A stretch of DNA of 64,000 bases, from contig CAZOZN010000003.1 in NCBI GenBank assembly GCA_964584335.1, positions 137,688 through 201,687 on the forward strand, given 5' to 3'. Source of the DNA: an uncultured archaeon. GTDB taxonomy: Archaea; Aenigmatarchaeota; Aenigmatarchaeia; PWEA01; JAGHBM01. Shown one piece after another: positions 20,133 to 30,201 of the stretch (position 1 is the stretch's first letter; the number at the start of each line of letters is the position of its first letter). The position numbers were made by a program, and so were the translations under genes. The notes under the pieces were generated by a model. That model had not been told where the DNA came from. It saw nothing but the letters and a program-made list of their open reading frames with translations, and did no database searches.

Positions 20133-20621
20133 TTATTGGTTTTCGTATTTTTCTATTTCATTATTAATTATATCCAGCTTTATTCCCGCCTGCTTAAAAA
20201 CTTCTTTAGTATTCTGTGAGGCGTGGTAGTCTTTTTCGCACACAACTCTTATTATACCCGCATTTATTATCATCTTTGCGCAAGTATAACAGGGAGTCAT
20301 TTTACAATATAAAGTCGAGCCGTCTATCGTTATTCCGAATCTTGCTGCTTGTGCTATTGCATTCTGTTCCGCATGTGTAGTTCTCATACAATGCTTACTC
20401 ACTCTTCCGTCTTCGTGAGTCAATACTTTCATTTGATGGCCCACCTCGTCACAATGAGGAAGACCCACCGGGGAACCTACGTAACCCGTGCTTAATAGCC
20501 TTTTGTTTTTTACAATAACCGCACCGCACCTTCCTCTGTCGCAAGTTCCTCTCTGGCCCACTATTTTTGCAATATTCATGAAGTATTTATCCCAGGAAGG
20601 TCTTTCGTAATTAGATTTCAT
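20133..20621 (-). CDS. dCMP deaminase (ComEB family)
   Basis: RPSWDKYFM, HAEQNA, PCYTC zinc motif. Confidence 0.9.
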   Translation of the reverse strand: MKSNYERPSWDKYFMNIAKIVGQRGTCDRGRCGAVIVKNKRLLSTGYVGSPVGLPHCDEVGHQMKVLTHEDGRVSKHCMRTTHAEQNAIAQAARFGITIDGSTLYCKMTPCYTCAKMIINAGIIRVVCEKDYHASQNTKEVFKQAGIKLDIINNEIEKYENQ

Positions 20622-20742
20622 TACACCACCCATAAAGATAGTTAAATTAAAAATAAATAATTTTAGAGATGAAAAATAGATTAAACATTTAAATATGTCT
20701 CTATAGAGATAATTAAGGTGTTGATATAAAGGTGAATAAAAA

Positions 20743-21255
20743 ATGGCTACATTAAGACCCGGAAGATGCTACAGGAAACCAAAAAGACCCTACACAAGAG
20801 TTTCGAGAAGAAGACCCAGAAAGTCTTATATAAAGGGTGTACCAGGTTCAAAGATAGTAAAATATGAAACAGGCAACCCAAAGGGAGATTTTTCCTTGAC
20901 TCTTAATCTTGTTTCAAAGGAAAGGGTTCAGATAAGGCATAATGCTTTAGAGTCGGCGAGAGTGAATACAAACAAGTATCTCGGTGACAATCTCGGTAAA
21001 GACGGTTATTTTCTAAAGGTTCTTGTTCATCCGCATCAGGTTATGAGAGAGAACTCAATCGCAACAGGAGCAGGAGCAGACAGGCTTCAGGAAGGTATGA
21101 GAAGGTCTTTCGGAAAGCCTATAGGCTTTGCTGCAGTTGTCGATAAGAACCAGAGGTTACTTTTGCTTAAGGTTCCAAAGGAAAAGGAAAAGGTAGCAAA
21201 AGAGGCATTGAAGAGAGCATCCTATAAGTTACCTTGTTCTTGTCAGATTATCTGA
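20743..21255 (+). CDS. rpl10e: 50S ribosomal protein uL16 (L10e)
   Basis: RPGRCYR, QIRHNALESAR, GAGADRLQEGMRRSFGKPIG. Confidence 0.96.
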   Translation: MATLRPGRCYRKPKRPYTRVSRRRPRKSYIKGVPGSKIVKYETGNPKGDFSLTLNLVSKERVQIRHNALESARVNTNKYLGDNLGKDGYFLKVLVHPHQVMRENSIATGAGADRLQEGMRRSFGKPIGFAAVVDKNQRLLLLKVPKEKEKVAKEALKRASYKLPCSCQII

Positions 21256-21289
21256 AACTATTTTTATAAATAGAAAACAATTTTTTAGT

Positions 21290-21970
21290 ATGAAAATTAC
21301 GTATGGTATTATAATTGTTTGTATAATAATATACGCTGCTTTTAATATGGTTCCGGAAAATGAGGTGGAATCTCTTTACCAGACTTTTGGATTTTCCGGT
21401 GAAAACCTTTATGCCGGCAAAATTTGGACCTTAGTTACCTCTGTTTTTGTTCACGGCGGATATCTGCATTTGTTTTTTAATATGGTCGCTCTTTTCTTCT
21501 TTGGCAGGGCCTTAGAGGAGGATATGCAAAAAGACAAATTCTTTATTTTGTTTATTTTCGGGGGTATAATGGGTAATCTTGTTTCACTTTTGTTTTATCC
21601 CTCTACTGAGATTTTCGTTGGCGCCTCGGGTGCGATATTTACAATAATGGGAGCTGCTATGATAATGAAGCCATTTGAGCTAATTTTTTATCCTTCCCTG
21701 GTTCCAATACCCTTGCTTTTCGTTGGTATAGTTTATGCGCTTTATACTGTGCTTGCTGTTTTCTTTGGTGTTGGTGATGCAGATGTTGCTTATTCTGCAC
21801 ATCTGGGCGGGCTAGGTATAGGTATGTTGGTTGGTTTTTACGAAATCGGTATAAAAAAATCTGTTTTAATAGTTTTCCTTATAATTTTGTCTCTGATTTT
21901 TATAATACCTTTCGTGTTGGAGATTATAAACATTTTTGATTATACCGGCGCGATGGGAAGCTTGATATAA
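21290..21970 (+). CDS. rhomboid intramembrane serine protease
   Basis: H...H...N, GASG and AHLGG motifs, multiple TM. Confidence 0.92.
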   Translation: MKITYGIIIVCIIIYAAFNMVPENEVESLYQTFGFSGENLYAGKIWTLVTSVFVHGGYLHLFFNMVALFFFGRALEEDMQKDKFFILFIFGGIMGNLVSLLFYPSTEIFVGASGAIFTIMGAAMIMKPFELIFYPSLVPIPLLFVGIVYALYTVLAVFFGVGDADVAYSAHLGGLGIGMLVGFYEIGIKKSVLIVFLIILSLIFIIPFVLEIINIFDYTGAMGSLI

Positions 21971-21983
21971 TCTGGTGTTAATA

Positions 21984-22916
21984 ATGCTTGAAAAACTTAT
22001 AAAAGAGATAAAGGAAGTTAATCCTAAACGTGTTTTTTTACAGCTTCCTGAAGGTTTGGTTGTAAAAGGAAAAAAGATACAAGAAATGCTATTCAAAGAA
22101 GGAATAGAATCTTTTATTTCTCTTGACCATTGTTACGGTTCTTGTGATTTGAGAGATTGTGAAGCACTGAGGTTGGGATGTGACCTAATAGTTCATGTGG
22201 GCCATAGCGATTTTGGAGTAATTAGTGAAATGCCTGTTTTGTACTATGAATGGAGGATTGATTTTAACCCAGTTCCTGTTTTAAGAAATAATATAGAAAA
22301 GCTCAAGAGTTATAAAAAAATAGGCCTTCTGACTTCTGTAAATTATATAGATTCACTGGATAAAGCAAAAAAATATTTGGAAGAAGAGGCCGGAAAGAGT
22401 TGTTTTTTGGTTAAAGGAGATAAAACAAAGTATCCCGGACAAATTCTTGGATGTGATGTCTCAGCAGCTCTTAAAATTGATAAGAAAGTAGATTGCTTTC
22501 TTTTTATTGGTTCCGGTGAATTCCATGCTCTAGGAGTGTTTTTAAAGACTTCTAAACCCTTATTTTACTTAAAGAGAGAAAAACAGGACTTGGTACAGGT
22601 ACAGAAGGCAGAGATGGATAAATTTTTGAGACAGGTGTATTCTACTAAAGCTTTGTTTAATGAATGCAAAAAAGTTGGAATACTGGTTTCAACAAAGAAA
22701 GGACAGGCAAACCCGGAAAAAGCAATTGAAATAAAAAATAAACTAGAAGAAAAAGGTAAGAAGGCAACTATATTTGCAATGGATTTTGTTTTACCTGAGA
22801 GACTCCTTGGGATGGACTTAGATTGTTATGTAAACTGTGCCTGCCCAAGAATAGCAATAGAAAACAGATCCTCATTTGAAAAGCCCGTTTTAAATTACAA
22901 CGAACTGGATTTGTAA
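21984..22916 (+). CDS. dph2: diphthamide biosynthesis enzyme Dph2
   Basis: LQLPEG, YGSCD, GQILGC, ACPR (three Fe-S cysteines). Confidence 0.93.
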   Translation: MLEKLIKEIKEVNPKRVFLQLPEGLVVKGKKIQEMLFKEGIESFISLDHCYGSCDLRDCEALRLGCDLIVHVGHSDFGVISEMPVLYYEWRIDFNPVPVLRNNIEKLKSYKKIGLLTSVNYIDSLDKAKKYLEEEAGKSCFLVKGDKTKYPGQILGCDVSAALKIDKKVDCFLFIGSGEFHALGVFLKTSKPLFYLKREKQDLVQVQKAEMDKFLRQVYSTKALFNECKKVGILVSTKKGQANPEKAIEIKNKLEEKGKKATIFAMDFVLPERLLGMDLDCYVNCACPRIAIENRSSFEKPVLNYNELDL

Positions 22917-23005
22917 TTTTAATACCCGAAAGCTTTTTATTTTTGGTACTTCTTATAATACTAATTGTTATTTCGTTTGTTTTATTTAAAAACCGGGTGA
23001 TTATT

Positions 23006-23257
23006 ATGGATATGGAAGTTATAATTCAGGCTTTATCAAGAATAAAAGATGATAAGTCTGTCCCTAAGAACATAAGAAGTTCTTGTGAAGAATGCATAAA
23101 TGACTTACAGAACGAAGAAGAAGAAATTTCAGTAAGGCTTAATTCTTGTATATCGATTCTGGATGAAGTTTCGAATGACCCCAATATACCATCATATACA
23201 AGAACAAATATATGGAACATTGTTTCCATGTTGGAGGCAACTCAACATTCCGATTAA
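23006..23257 (+). CDS. UPF0147 family protein
   Basis: D.SVPKNIR, LDEVSNDPNIP.YTRT.IW.IVSMLE; start moved to ATG after GGTGA RBS. Confidence 0.9.
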   Translation: MDMEVIIQALSRIKDDKSVPKNIRSSCEECINDLQNEEEEISVRLNSCISILDEVSNDPNIPSYTRTNIWNIVSMLEATQHSD

Positions 23258-23299
23258 ATATAAATATTTAATGTTTAAAATATAGTTAGAGGTGAAAGA

Positions 23300-23650
23300 A
23301 TGCCATTTGAAAGTATTTTTGGGGGAAAGAAAGAAATAAACGAAGGAGAGTTTGTGGAACTCAATCACGAGGGTACAGCAAACATAGATGCAATTCCTAT
23401 AAGAATAGCGCATGTTAACGATTACGGAGACATTGATTTTGTTCAGAAGTCTTTGAGAGAGGGAAATATTGTTTTTGCAAAAATAAAAACCCTTAAGGAA
23501 AAGGACATGTCCGAATTAAAGAGGGCCATAGAAAGGTTAAGAAAAACTGTAACAGCTCTTAACGGCGACATAGCTGGCGTTGACGAAAATTATATAGTTG
23601 CTACACCCAGTTTTGCAAGAGTAGATAGGTCAAAGACAGAGTCCTTTTGA
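23300..23650 (+). CDS. sepF: cell division protein SepF
   Basis: LREGNIV..I..LK, LKRAIE.L, GDIAG...YIVATP. Confidence 0.88.
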   Translation: MPFESIFGGKKEINEGEFVELNHEGTANIDAIPIRIAHVNDYGDIDFVQKSLREGNIVFAKIKTLKEKDMSELKRAIERLRKTVTALNGDIAGVDENYIVATPSFARVDRSKTESF

Positions 23651-23703
23651 TTTATTTTTTTAATTTAAAAGATAAAGAAAATAGAGAATTGAAAATATTT
23701 TTT

Positions 23704-25584
23704 TTATTTTAATCTTATCATTTCTAAGTTTTTTGGTGCTATTGTTTCGCACTTGTATAATTTGTGCAGTGACCTCGTGAGGTCTATGCACTTGCTTTCT
23801 TCTCCATGGTTAAGTATTATTTTTCTAGGTCTGTCGCCGAGTTTGTGTACGTACTTTACTAACTGGTTTCTGTCAGAGTGGCCGCTTATACCTTCCACGG
23901 TTTCGACATTCATTTTTATCTCCAACACGCTTCTTTTTCCGTTACCGTTTTCTGATATGGGCATCTCTTTCCAGCCTTTTTGTATTTTTCTGCCGAATGT
24001 TCCTTCTGCCTGATAGCCAACAAATATAAGCGTGTTCTTAGGGTCCTCTGCAAAAGATTTAAGATATTCTATTGCCGGTCCACCTACCAACATGCCTGAT
24101 GTAGCAAGTACCACAAAAGGATCTTTGGTCTTTAATACCTCGTTTCTTTCTTTGGTAGACCCGATTCTCTTAAAAATCTTATTGGTAAAAGGATTTTTAC
24201 CTTGGTGAAATATTTTTCTCTGAAGTTCTTTGTTCAGATGTTCCGGATAAGTTGTGTGTATAGCAGTAGCGTCCCACAACATACCCTCCAGATATACAGA
24301 ATGATTGAAGTTTGGTATGTCGGATAGTATGCACATCACTTCTTGAGCTCTTCCCACAGCAAAAGAAGGTATCAGAACTCTTCCACCCCTTTTTAGGGTT
24401 TCCATGACCACTTTTTTCAGTTTTTCTTCCGCACTTTTTCTTGACGGCTGTATAGAGTCTTTTCCACCGTAAGTACTTTCCATTATCAGAGTTTCTATCC
24501 TCTGGAAATTGGTGAATGCCGGATTGAATAGCCTTGACCTGTCGAAATTAAAGTCTCCGGTATAAACTATGTTGTGAAGACCTTCTCCTATATGTATATG
24601 CACCTGACTGCTTCCTAGTATATGACCTGCATTTTCAAGTGTTATTCTCATATCAGGCGTTATGTCACTAACTTCATCATAATCGAGAACTATTGAATGT
24701 TTTACTGCATTTTCTATTTCCTTTGTAGAGTAGGGTATTTTGTTTCCTTCTCTCTGGGCGACTTCAAGGTAATCCATGCATAGCATTACCATCAAATCCC
24801 TTACGGGTGCTGTGCAGTAAAGAGGTCCTTCGTAACCGTATTTGTACAGGTAAGGTATAAACCCACAGTGGTCTAAATGCGAATGAGATAATACTATCGC
24901 GTCTAGTTTTTTTAAATCTAGTTCGGGAGCGTTTAGATATGGGTAAGATTCCTCGTTTGTCGGTTTTACTCCGCAATCCAACATTACATTGCTTCCTGGC
25001 GTTTGAAGAAGTATACAAGACCTTCCAACCTCCCTTGCCGAGCCCAAAAATCCTGTCCTTATCCATTCTATTTCCTTTTTTTCTGCTGTGTGTATCTTCT
25101 CTCCGAGTTTGTTAAGGAATTTTTTTCTAAACTCGGATTCCTCGAACAATACCTTCCTTATAGTTTTTACGACTTCAGAAGGTATTGCGGGAGCTCTTTT
25201 TACTACGGGAAACCACATAGTGTCTTTTTTTATTTTTTTTAGTGTTTCCCCTCCTTTGCCTATAACAAGACCGGGCTTTTGTGCTTCTATTATGAATCTA
25301 CCGAAAGCTGGCTCAAATGTTATTTCATCAACACCAGCCTCTTTAGGAACTATTTCATTTATTATGTTCCTTGCATCCTCCATGTCAACACTTATAGAGG
25401 GGTCAGGCCTTACTGATATTCTTTTCTTTATTTTGCTGACAACTTTCTTTATCAGTTCGCTGTTGTCCTTGAAGAATTCCCTGTTTTTGACATATATTAC
25501 GATTTCTGAACCTTCAAAACATATATCAGTTATATTTGCTTCTTCTGGTATATTCTCTTTTATAGTCTCTTTTATTTTCATCAT
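23704..25584 (-). CDS. beta-CASP ribonuclease aCPSF1 (FttA, transcription termination)
   Basis: KH domain with PGLVIGKGG, HSHLDH, AGHILGS, MESTYG, SGHSD; adjacent to psmB as usual in archaea. Confidence 0.94.
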   Translation of the reverse strand: MMKIKETIKENIPEEANITDICFEGSEIVIYVKNREFFKDNSELIKKVVSKIKKRISVRPDPSISVDMEDARNIINEIVPKEAGVDEITFEPAFGRFIIEAQKPGLVIGKGGETLKKIKKDTMWFPVVKRAPAIPSEVVKTIRKVLFEESEFRKKFLNKLGEKIHTAEKKEIEWIRTGFLGSAREVGRSCILLQTPGSNVMLDCGVKPTNEESYPYLNAPELDLKKLDAIVLSHSHLDHCGFIPYLYKYGYEGPLYCTAPVRDLMVMLCMDYLEVAQREGNKIPYSTKEIENAVKHSIVLDYDEVSDITPDMRITLENAGHILGSSQVHIHIGEGLHNIVYTGDFNFDRSRLFNPAFTNFQRIETLIMESTYGGKDSIQPSRKSAEEKLKKVVMETLKRGGRVLIPSFAVGRAQEVMCILSDIPNFNHSVYLEGMLWDATAIHTTYPEHLNKELQRKIFHQGKNPFTNKIFKRIGSTKERNEVLKTKDPFVVLATSGMLVGGPAIEYLKSFAEDPKNTLIFVGYQAEGTFGRKIQKGWKEMPISENGNGKRSVLEIKMNVETVEGISGHSDRNQLVKYVHKLGDRPRKIILNHGEESKCIDLTRSLHKLYKCETIAPKNLEMIRLK

Positions 25585-25640
25585 TATTAACGCCTTAGAT
25601 TAAGACAACACAGAATATCAACTATTCAAAATTTTTGTTT

Positions 25641-26264
25641 TTATAAGGATTTTATTTCTTTATCTGAAAGTTCTTTGTAGCCATTCTCGTCTATAACAGC
25701 TATAGCAACTTCACCGCCTGATGCTATGTCTCTTCTTTTTGCTGCTGTTACTGCTTTTGCTACAAGTTTTATTGCTTCTTGTTTTTTGAGATTATTTTTA
25801 TACCTGTCCTCAAGTACACCAAAAGCTATAGGTGAACCGCTTCCTGTTGCGTAATAACCATCGCCTTCTATTATTCCGCCAAAGGGGTCCAAAGAGAAAA
25901 CTTGTGGTCCTTTTTCGTCGTATCCTCCTATAACAAACTGTCCCATAAAAGGAAAGTACTTGTTTCCCTGTAATATATTTGCAAGTAATGTTGTTAGAGC
26001 TCTAACACTCATTTTTTTGTCTCTTTGTAAGCTGTACATATTTGCTTCTGCTCTTAGATATCTAACTATAGTTTGTATATCTCCTACGTTACCTGCTGTA
26101 GTTATACCTATTCTTTCGTCTACAGAGTAAATTTTTCTTGCTTTTATGCTATCTACAAGATAGCCCATTGTTGCTTTTTTCTCAGAACCAAGAACAACTC
26201 CTTTACTGTCTCCTTCATATATAAGTCCAACTGTAGTTGTTCCAGTTTTTTTTGCATCTTTCAT
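25641..26264 (-). CDS. psmB: proteasome beta subunit
   Basis: KTG|TTTVG propeptide cleavage site, ATGSGS, RDIASG. Confidence 0.94.
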   Translation of the reverse strand: MKDAKKTGTTTVGLIYEGDSKGVVLGSEKKATMGYLVDSIKARKIYSVDERIGITTAGNVGDIQTIVRYLRAEANMYSLQRDKKMSVRALTTLLANILQGNKYFPFMGQFVIGGYDEKGPQVFSLDPFGGIIEGDGYYATGSGSPIAFGVLEDRYKNNLKKQEAIKLVAKAVTAAKRRDIASGGEVAIAVIDENGYKELSDKEIKSL

Positions 26265-26366
26265 TTTTACACCATTTAGTTTCAAAATAATTCAAGAGAA
26301 ATTATTTCAGTCAAGATAAACATAATAATAATTTCACATATTTAAAGTTTACTATACTTCCCCATT

Positions 26367-27770
26367 CTAAACAATGTTTTTATTTAGATAATTTTTTATG
26401 AATATTCTGAATTCATTATATCTTCTGAAAAGCCTGTATACTGATTCTCCCCTGAATATTTCAACCTTCTCGGATATCTCTTTTGCTATTTTTCCGGGCA
26501 CACCTTCTTCTTTCAATATTTCTGTGTCGTTATTGAGAAATTCCTTTATAAGTTCTATTGCTTTTTTGTATCTTCTGGAATATTCTACAAACCATCTGTT
26601 GTTCTCTACAAATATATTGTATCCCCTGTATCTCTTTAGAAATCCTCTTGTTCCCTGCCTGTCAAATATAGAGGGACCTTCCCTTACCTGTATATTCGGT
26701 ATTTCCTCGTTGGAGAGTTCAACCAAGAGTATGCATTTTATTCCGTCGCTCCATATATCACTTCTAATCACTGTAAAATCATTATCTTTTAGTAAATTAT
26801 CCATTCTGTTTCTGAATTTTCTCATTTGAGGCCAAACAACATCTTCTTGTTCAGACGGTGTTCTAAATTTCACCATTATTAGTTTTGTATCCCTGTGTTC
26901 CATCTCGTCTTTTATCTCTTTTATCGTGGGTATATCTCTCTCTTTTTCATCAAAGAAATCCATGCTCGGATTTCTTATAAAATCACCACATTTTTTTACA
27001 AAGAGCAAAAAATTCTCAGCCGATAAGACAGAGGCAACGTTCCTGTTCTTATCCACAGGGTCTATCATAACCAAAGAGTCATCTGTAAATTTCTTTATTA
27101 TTTTTTCTTTTGAATTGTAGAACTTGTTCATGTCTATTATTTCTCCTGGTTTCCAGGTCGAAGCTTCCTTTAATAGATTGATAAAGTTTTCATATTCTAT
27201 AATTAAAAGTTCACAAAGGTAACCTGAGAAACCCTCCACCCTTAGACTAGAGCCATATACTCCTATTCCTCTACAAAATTTCTTTAACAATCTTACCTCG
27301 TTTGCCTGATTTTTTGTCATTTTACTTTTTACAAATCTTACGTGATAGGGAGTCCTGTCAACTGCGCTTTTTATTTTTTCAGGGTTGTTCACGTCATAAG
27401 CCGGAACAATTTCTACCCTGTGGTTAGCAATAAATCCTCTCAAGTACGGATGTTCCGAATATGCGATTTCGTATTTGCCAAGTAGATTTTTTATAGTTTT
27501 TTTTGCAAGACTCATTCCTGTTTTCTCTAGTTTTTCTCTTGAAACTTTTTCGTCGAATAATATGAACAAATCAATGTCCTTGTTTTTTGATAGCCATGTT
27601 CCTTTTGCTACACTCCCACAGAACATTGGTTTTATGTCATAACCAGAGGCAATTTTTTTAAAGCTTTCCAGAATTTTTCCGCAAAGAGTTTCGGTCAATT
27701 TTTTTTCATTCTCGTTTGGGACGGAAATTTTCATTGCCTTTTTAAGAATCTTGTTTGTAATCTCGTCCAT
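26367..27770 (-). CDS. cca: archaeal class I CCA-adding enzyme
   Basis: GSVAKGTWL..DIDLF, YSEHPY, SAVDRTPYH, GFSGYLCEL, DPVD..RNVA. Confidence 0.94.
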   Translation of the reverse strand: MDEITNKILKKAMKISVPNENEKKLTETLCGKILESFKKIASGYDIKPMFCGSVAKGTWLSKNKDIDLFILFDEKVSREKLEKTGMSLAKKTIKNLLGKYEIAYSEHPYLRGFIANHRVEIVPAYDVNNPEKIKSAVDRTPYHVRFVKSKMTKNQANEVRLLKKFCRGIGVYGSSLRVEGFSGYLCELLIIEYENFINLLKEASTWKPGEIIDMNKFYNSKEKIIKKFTDDSLVMIDPVDKNRNVASVLSAENFLLFVKKCGDFIRNPSMDFFDEKERDIPTIKEIKDEMEHRDTKLIMVKFRTPSEQEDVVWPQMRKFRNRMDNLLKDNDFTVIRSDIWSDGIKCILLVELSNEEIPNIQVREGPSIFDRQGTRGFLKRYRGYNIFVENNRWFVEYSRRYKKAIELIKEFLNNDTEILKEEGVPGKIAKEISEKVEIFRGESVYRLFRRYNEFRIFIKNYLNKNIV

Positions 27771-27852
27771 GATTAAGAATTATTTAGATTTATATAAGTA
27801 TTTTTCTCGTAAATGCAATCATATTTTAATTAAAGAATATAAAAATAAAAAC

Positions 27853-28320
27853 ATGAACAAAGGAATATCCCCGTTTATAGCTGCAGTAATTCTTATATCT
27901 TTTGTAATAGCGGTGGGTACGATAGTTTCTCCATGGTTTACTTCTTTTACACGCACAAAGGCATACGATGTAGAGGAAAATTCTGAAGGCCAGATAGACT
28001 GTATTTTTTCTTCTATAAGTTTTTCTTCATCTGATATAGACTACAACCTTACGGGAACAGACTCAGTAAACATAACTCTTGACAACACAGGCTCTGCCTC
28101 TCTTTATAATTTCGAGATAAGCCTTACTGTTGACGGCGTTGTTGATATATTTTCACCGACATCAAATACACAAAAAACCCAGTCTAATCCTCTAGAATCA
28201 GGGGAGGCAGCTATTTTAGTCACAAATTTGACTGGAACCGACCTCAGCGGGAATTTGGAAAAAGTAAGAGTTGTGGCTAAAAATTGTCCCAATGAGGCAA
28301 AAAAAGAAGTTGAATTATAA
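27853..28320 (+). CDS. archaeal type IV pilin (class III signal peptide)
   Basis: MNKG|ISPFIAAVILI prepilin peptidase site; start moved to 27853. Confidence 0.85.
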   Translation: MNKGISPFIAAVILISFVIAVGTIVSPWFTSFTRTKAYDVEENSEGQIDCIFSSISFSSSDIDYNLTGTDSVNITLDNTGSASLYNFEISLTVDGVVDIFSPTSNTQKTQSNPLESGEAAILVTNLTGTDLSGNLEKVRVVAKNCPNEAKKEVEL

Positions 28321-28968
28321 CTGCTTGTTTTTCTCTTTCATTTTTTCGACTATTCCCGATAAAGACCTGACATTCTTGGTAAGGGAAGGCAGAAACTCTT
28401 TGAAAGCCCTCTCTACAGAACCCACCCTGCTTTCTATATTTTCTATGTGAGCAGAACTCTCTTCTATCATATTTTTTAGTTCTTTTTCTTTGTTATCATC
28501 ACTCTTTCCCACATGTTTTATTTTTTCGTTTAGAAATCTTACTTGGTCTTGGAGTTGTATTATAGCTCTTTCTACATCTTTCAGTTCAGTCATACTTTCT
28601 CTCCATTTTTCTTCGACAACTTCCTCAACAAGTTCCTCAAGTTCTATTTCTTCTTCTCCTGTCATTTCTATAACATCTTCTCCAAAAGGCTGCTCGGGAG
28701 GCGGTGCTATAAAACTTTGGTCGTTGTAATTTGCCTGATGAGTCGGTGAAGGAGGAGCTCTGCTGTATGATGGTTGTTGCTGTGGGGCACCCGTTACTTT
28801 AAATTTTATTGCCTTGTTAAGTGCCTTAGAAATTTCTTCGTTCGGGTATCCCTGTTTTCTCATCAAATTTATAATATCTCTTTCACTTTTTCCCTGAGAA
28901 CTAAGTCTCTTTACTAAACTATCAGCAGGTTCTCTTTTCTTTCCTGAAAATCCGGGTACCGAAATCAT
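28315..28968 (-). CDS. hypothetical coiled-coil protein
   Basis: N-terminal helical repeat (xQGxS..I..), P/Q-rich linker, EELVEEVVEEKW and long coiled coil; strong RBS. Confidence 0.75.
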   Translation of the reverse strand: MISVPGFSGKKREPADSLVKRLSSQGKSERDIINLMRKQGYPNEEISKALNKAIKFKVTGAPQQQPSYSRAPPSPTHQANYNDQSFIAPPPEQPFGEDVIEMTGEEEIELEELVEEVVEEKWRESMTELKDVERAIIQLQDQVRFLNEKIKHVGKSDDNKEKELKNMIEESSAHIENIESRVGSVERAFKEFLPSLTKNVRSLSGIVEKMKEKNKQL

Positions 28969-28990
28969 TTACTCTCCTTCGATTTTTAAT

Positions 28991-29383
28991 CTAAAACTTG
29001 GAACGCTCATTTTTTTTAATCATTTCTTCTACTTCTTTTCTAGTTATAAACTCCATTTTTATTGGGTTTATTAAATCTATAAAGTTTTTTAATTCCTCAA
29101 GCTCTGGCTTGGTGACTACTTTTTCCAAAGATTTTCTTATTTTTTGGGTCTCATTTTCTATTTTCATTAACCTTATATTTAAATCTTTTAGTTTTTCTTC
29201 AATGTCTTGAAATTTTTTCCTCATTTCTTCTTGGTTTTCAAGTGTTCTGGCTTCCAATGAGTCATTTTTATTTTCTAGAAGCCTGTTTAATTCCTCTAAT
29301 GTTCTTATTCTTCTTGTGTTGTCATTGAGTCTTTTTATCAATTCACCGCTTATAGGGGTGCTCTGCGTTCCTCTAAATGCCAT
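28991..29383 (-). CDS. hypothetical coiled-coil protein
   Basis: Heptad-rich, ends with DLINP; co-oriented with the previous gene. Confidence 0.75.
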   Translation of the reverse strand: MAFRGTQSTPISGELIKRLNDNTRRIRTLEELNRLLENKNDSLEARTLENQEEMRKKFQDIEEKLKDLNIRLMKIENETQKIRKSLEKVVTKPELEELKNFIDLINPIKMEFITRKEVEEMIKKNERSKF

Positions 29384-29420
29384 AACAATACTTTGGTTTT
29401 CTTTTAATAAATATTATCTT

Positions 29421-29825
29421 TTATAAATAATCCTCTCTCAAATCCTTTCTCACGTTTGCGTAGAATTTTAATAATTTATAGTAGGGAACCGAAATATTTT
29501 TTTTAAGTATGATATGGTCTGTATCATACATATCCGTAAAATATACATCCATTTTTTTAATCAATTTGTATTTACCCCAAAGCTCAAGCTTGCTGTGGTC
29601 ATATTCTTTTTTTATTTCACCTGTCTTTAGATTTTTTGAATTTCTTACAACTTCCTGCGGCTCTAATGCTTTCCAGTTATTTTTTTCGGCCGCGTTTTTT
29701 ACAGAACTTACTATTTCATCCCATTGATAAGAATCTCCTAGATAAAGTTTTTCTGTATTTTTCGCCTCTTCGGATTTGTTTATTACTATAATTTCAGGTT
29801 CCATGGTTTTACACCCTTCTACCAT
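29421..29825 (-). CDS. hypothetical protein (ORFan)
   Basis: 134-aa ORF with an AT-rich TATA-like region upstream. Confidence 0.55.
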   Translation of the reverse strand: MVEGCKTMEPEIIVINKSEEAKNTEKLYLGDSYQWDEIVSSVKNAAEKNNWKALEPQEVVRNSKNLKTGEIKKEYDHSKLELWGKYKLIKKMDVYFTDMYDTDHIILKKNISVPYYKLLKFYANVRKDLREDYL

Positions 29826-29866
29826 TTCATCACAATAGAAATAATATCTTTAAGGTTATAAAATAT

Positions 29867-30111
29867 AAAAAATTCGGCTAACACCCCCAAAAAATAATAT
29901 AACAGCGTGTCGCCGAGTCCCCAAAAACCGAAGACCATGATATTGAAAAGAACCTATGAGGAGAAAAGACGATGACCGAAGTCTTTTCATCTCTTCCATA
30001 CCATTAAGATATTTCCATCCGAAGATTTCCATATCTTCCATCGCAAAACCTAAGTCTTGTGAAGTTAATATGGAGAGGAGATAAAATCGTCTCAATACAC
30101 CCCCCATAGGT
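29867..30111 (-). ncRNA. putative novel structured ncRNA (~245 nt)
   Basis: Six nested helices plus two downstream hairpins, two C-UUCG-G tetraloops, many G-U pairs on the minus strand only, TATA-like box at 30130-30137 and U-tract at 29867-29872. Confidence 0.75.
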
Positions 30112-30201
30112 AAACAATATTATGTATTCTTATATATTTATTATTATCGTTATTACTCTTAGGTGTTTATTGAGGGAAGTGAAAAATATTTGGGTGTGTA
30201 G

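Noticed and set aside
29856-30107. 83-aa minus-strand ORF in the track
   Set aside because: Atypical composition and no motif; it coincides exactly with an extensively base-paired region better explained as ncRNA
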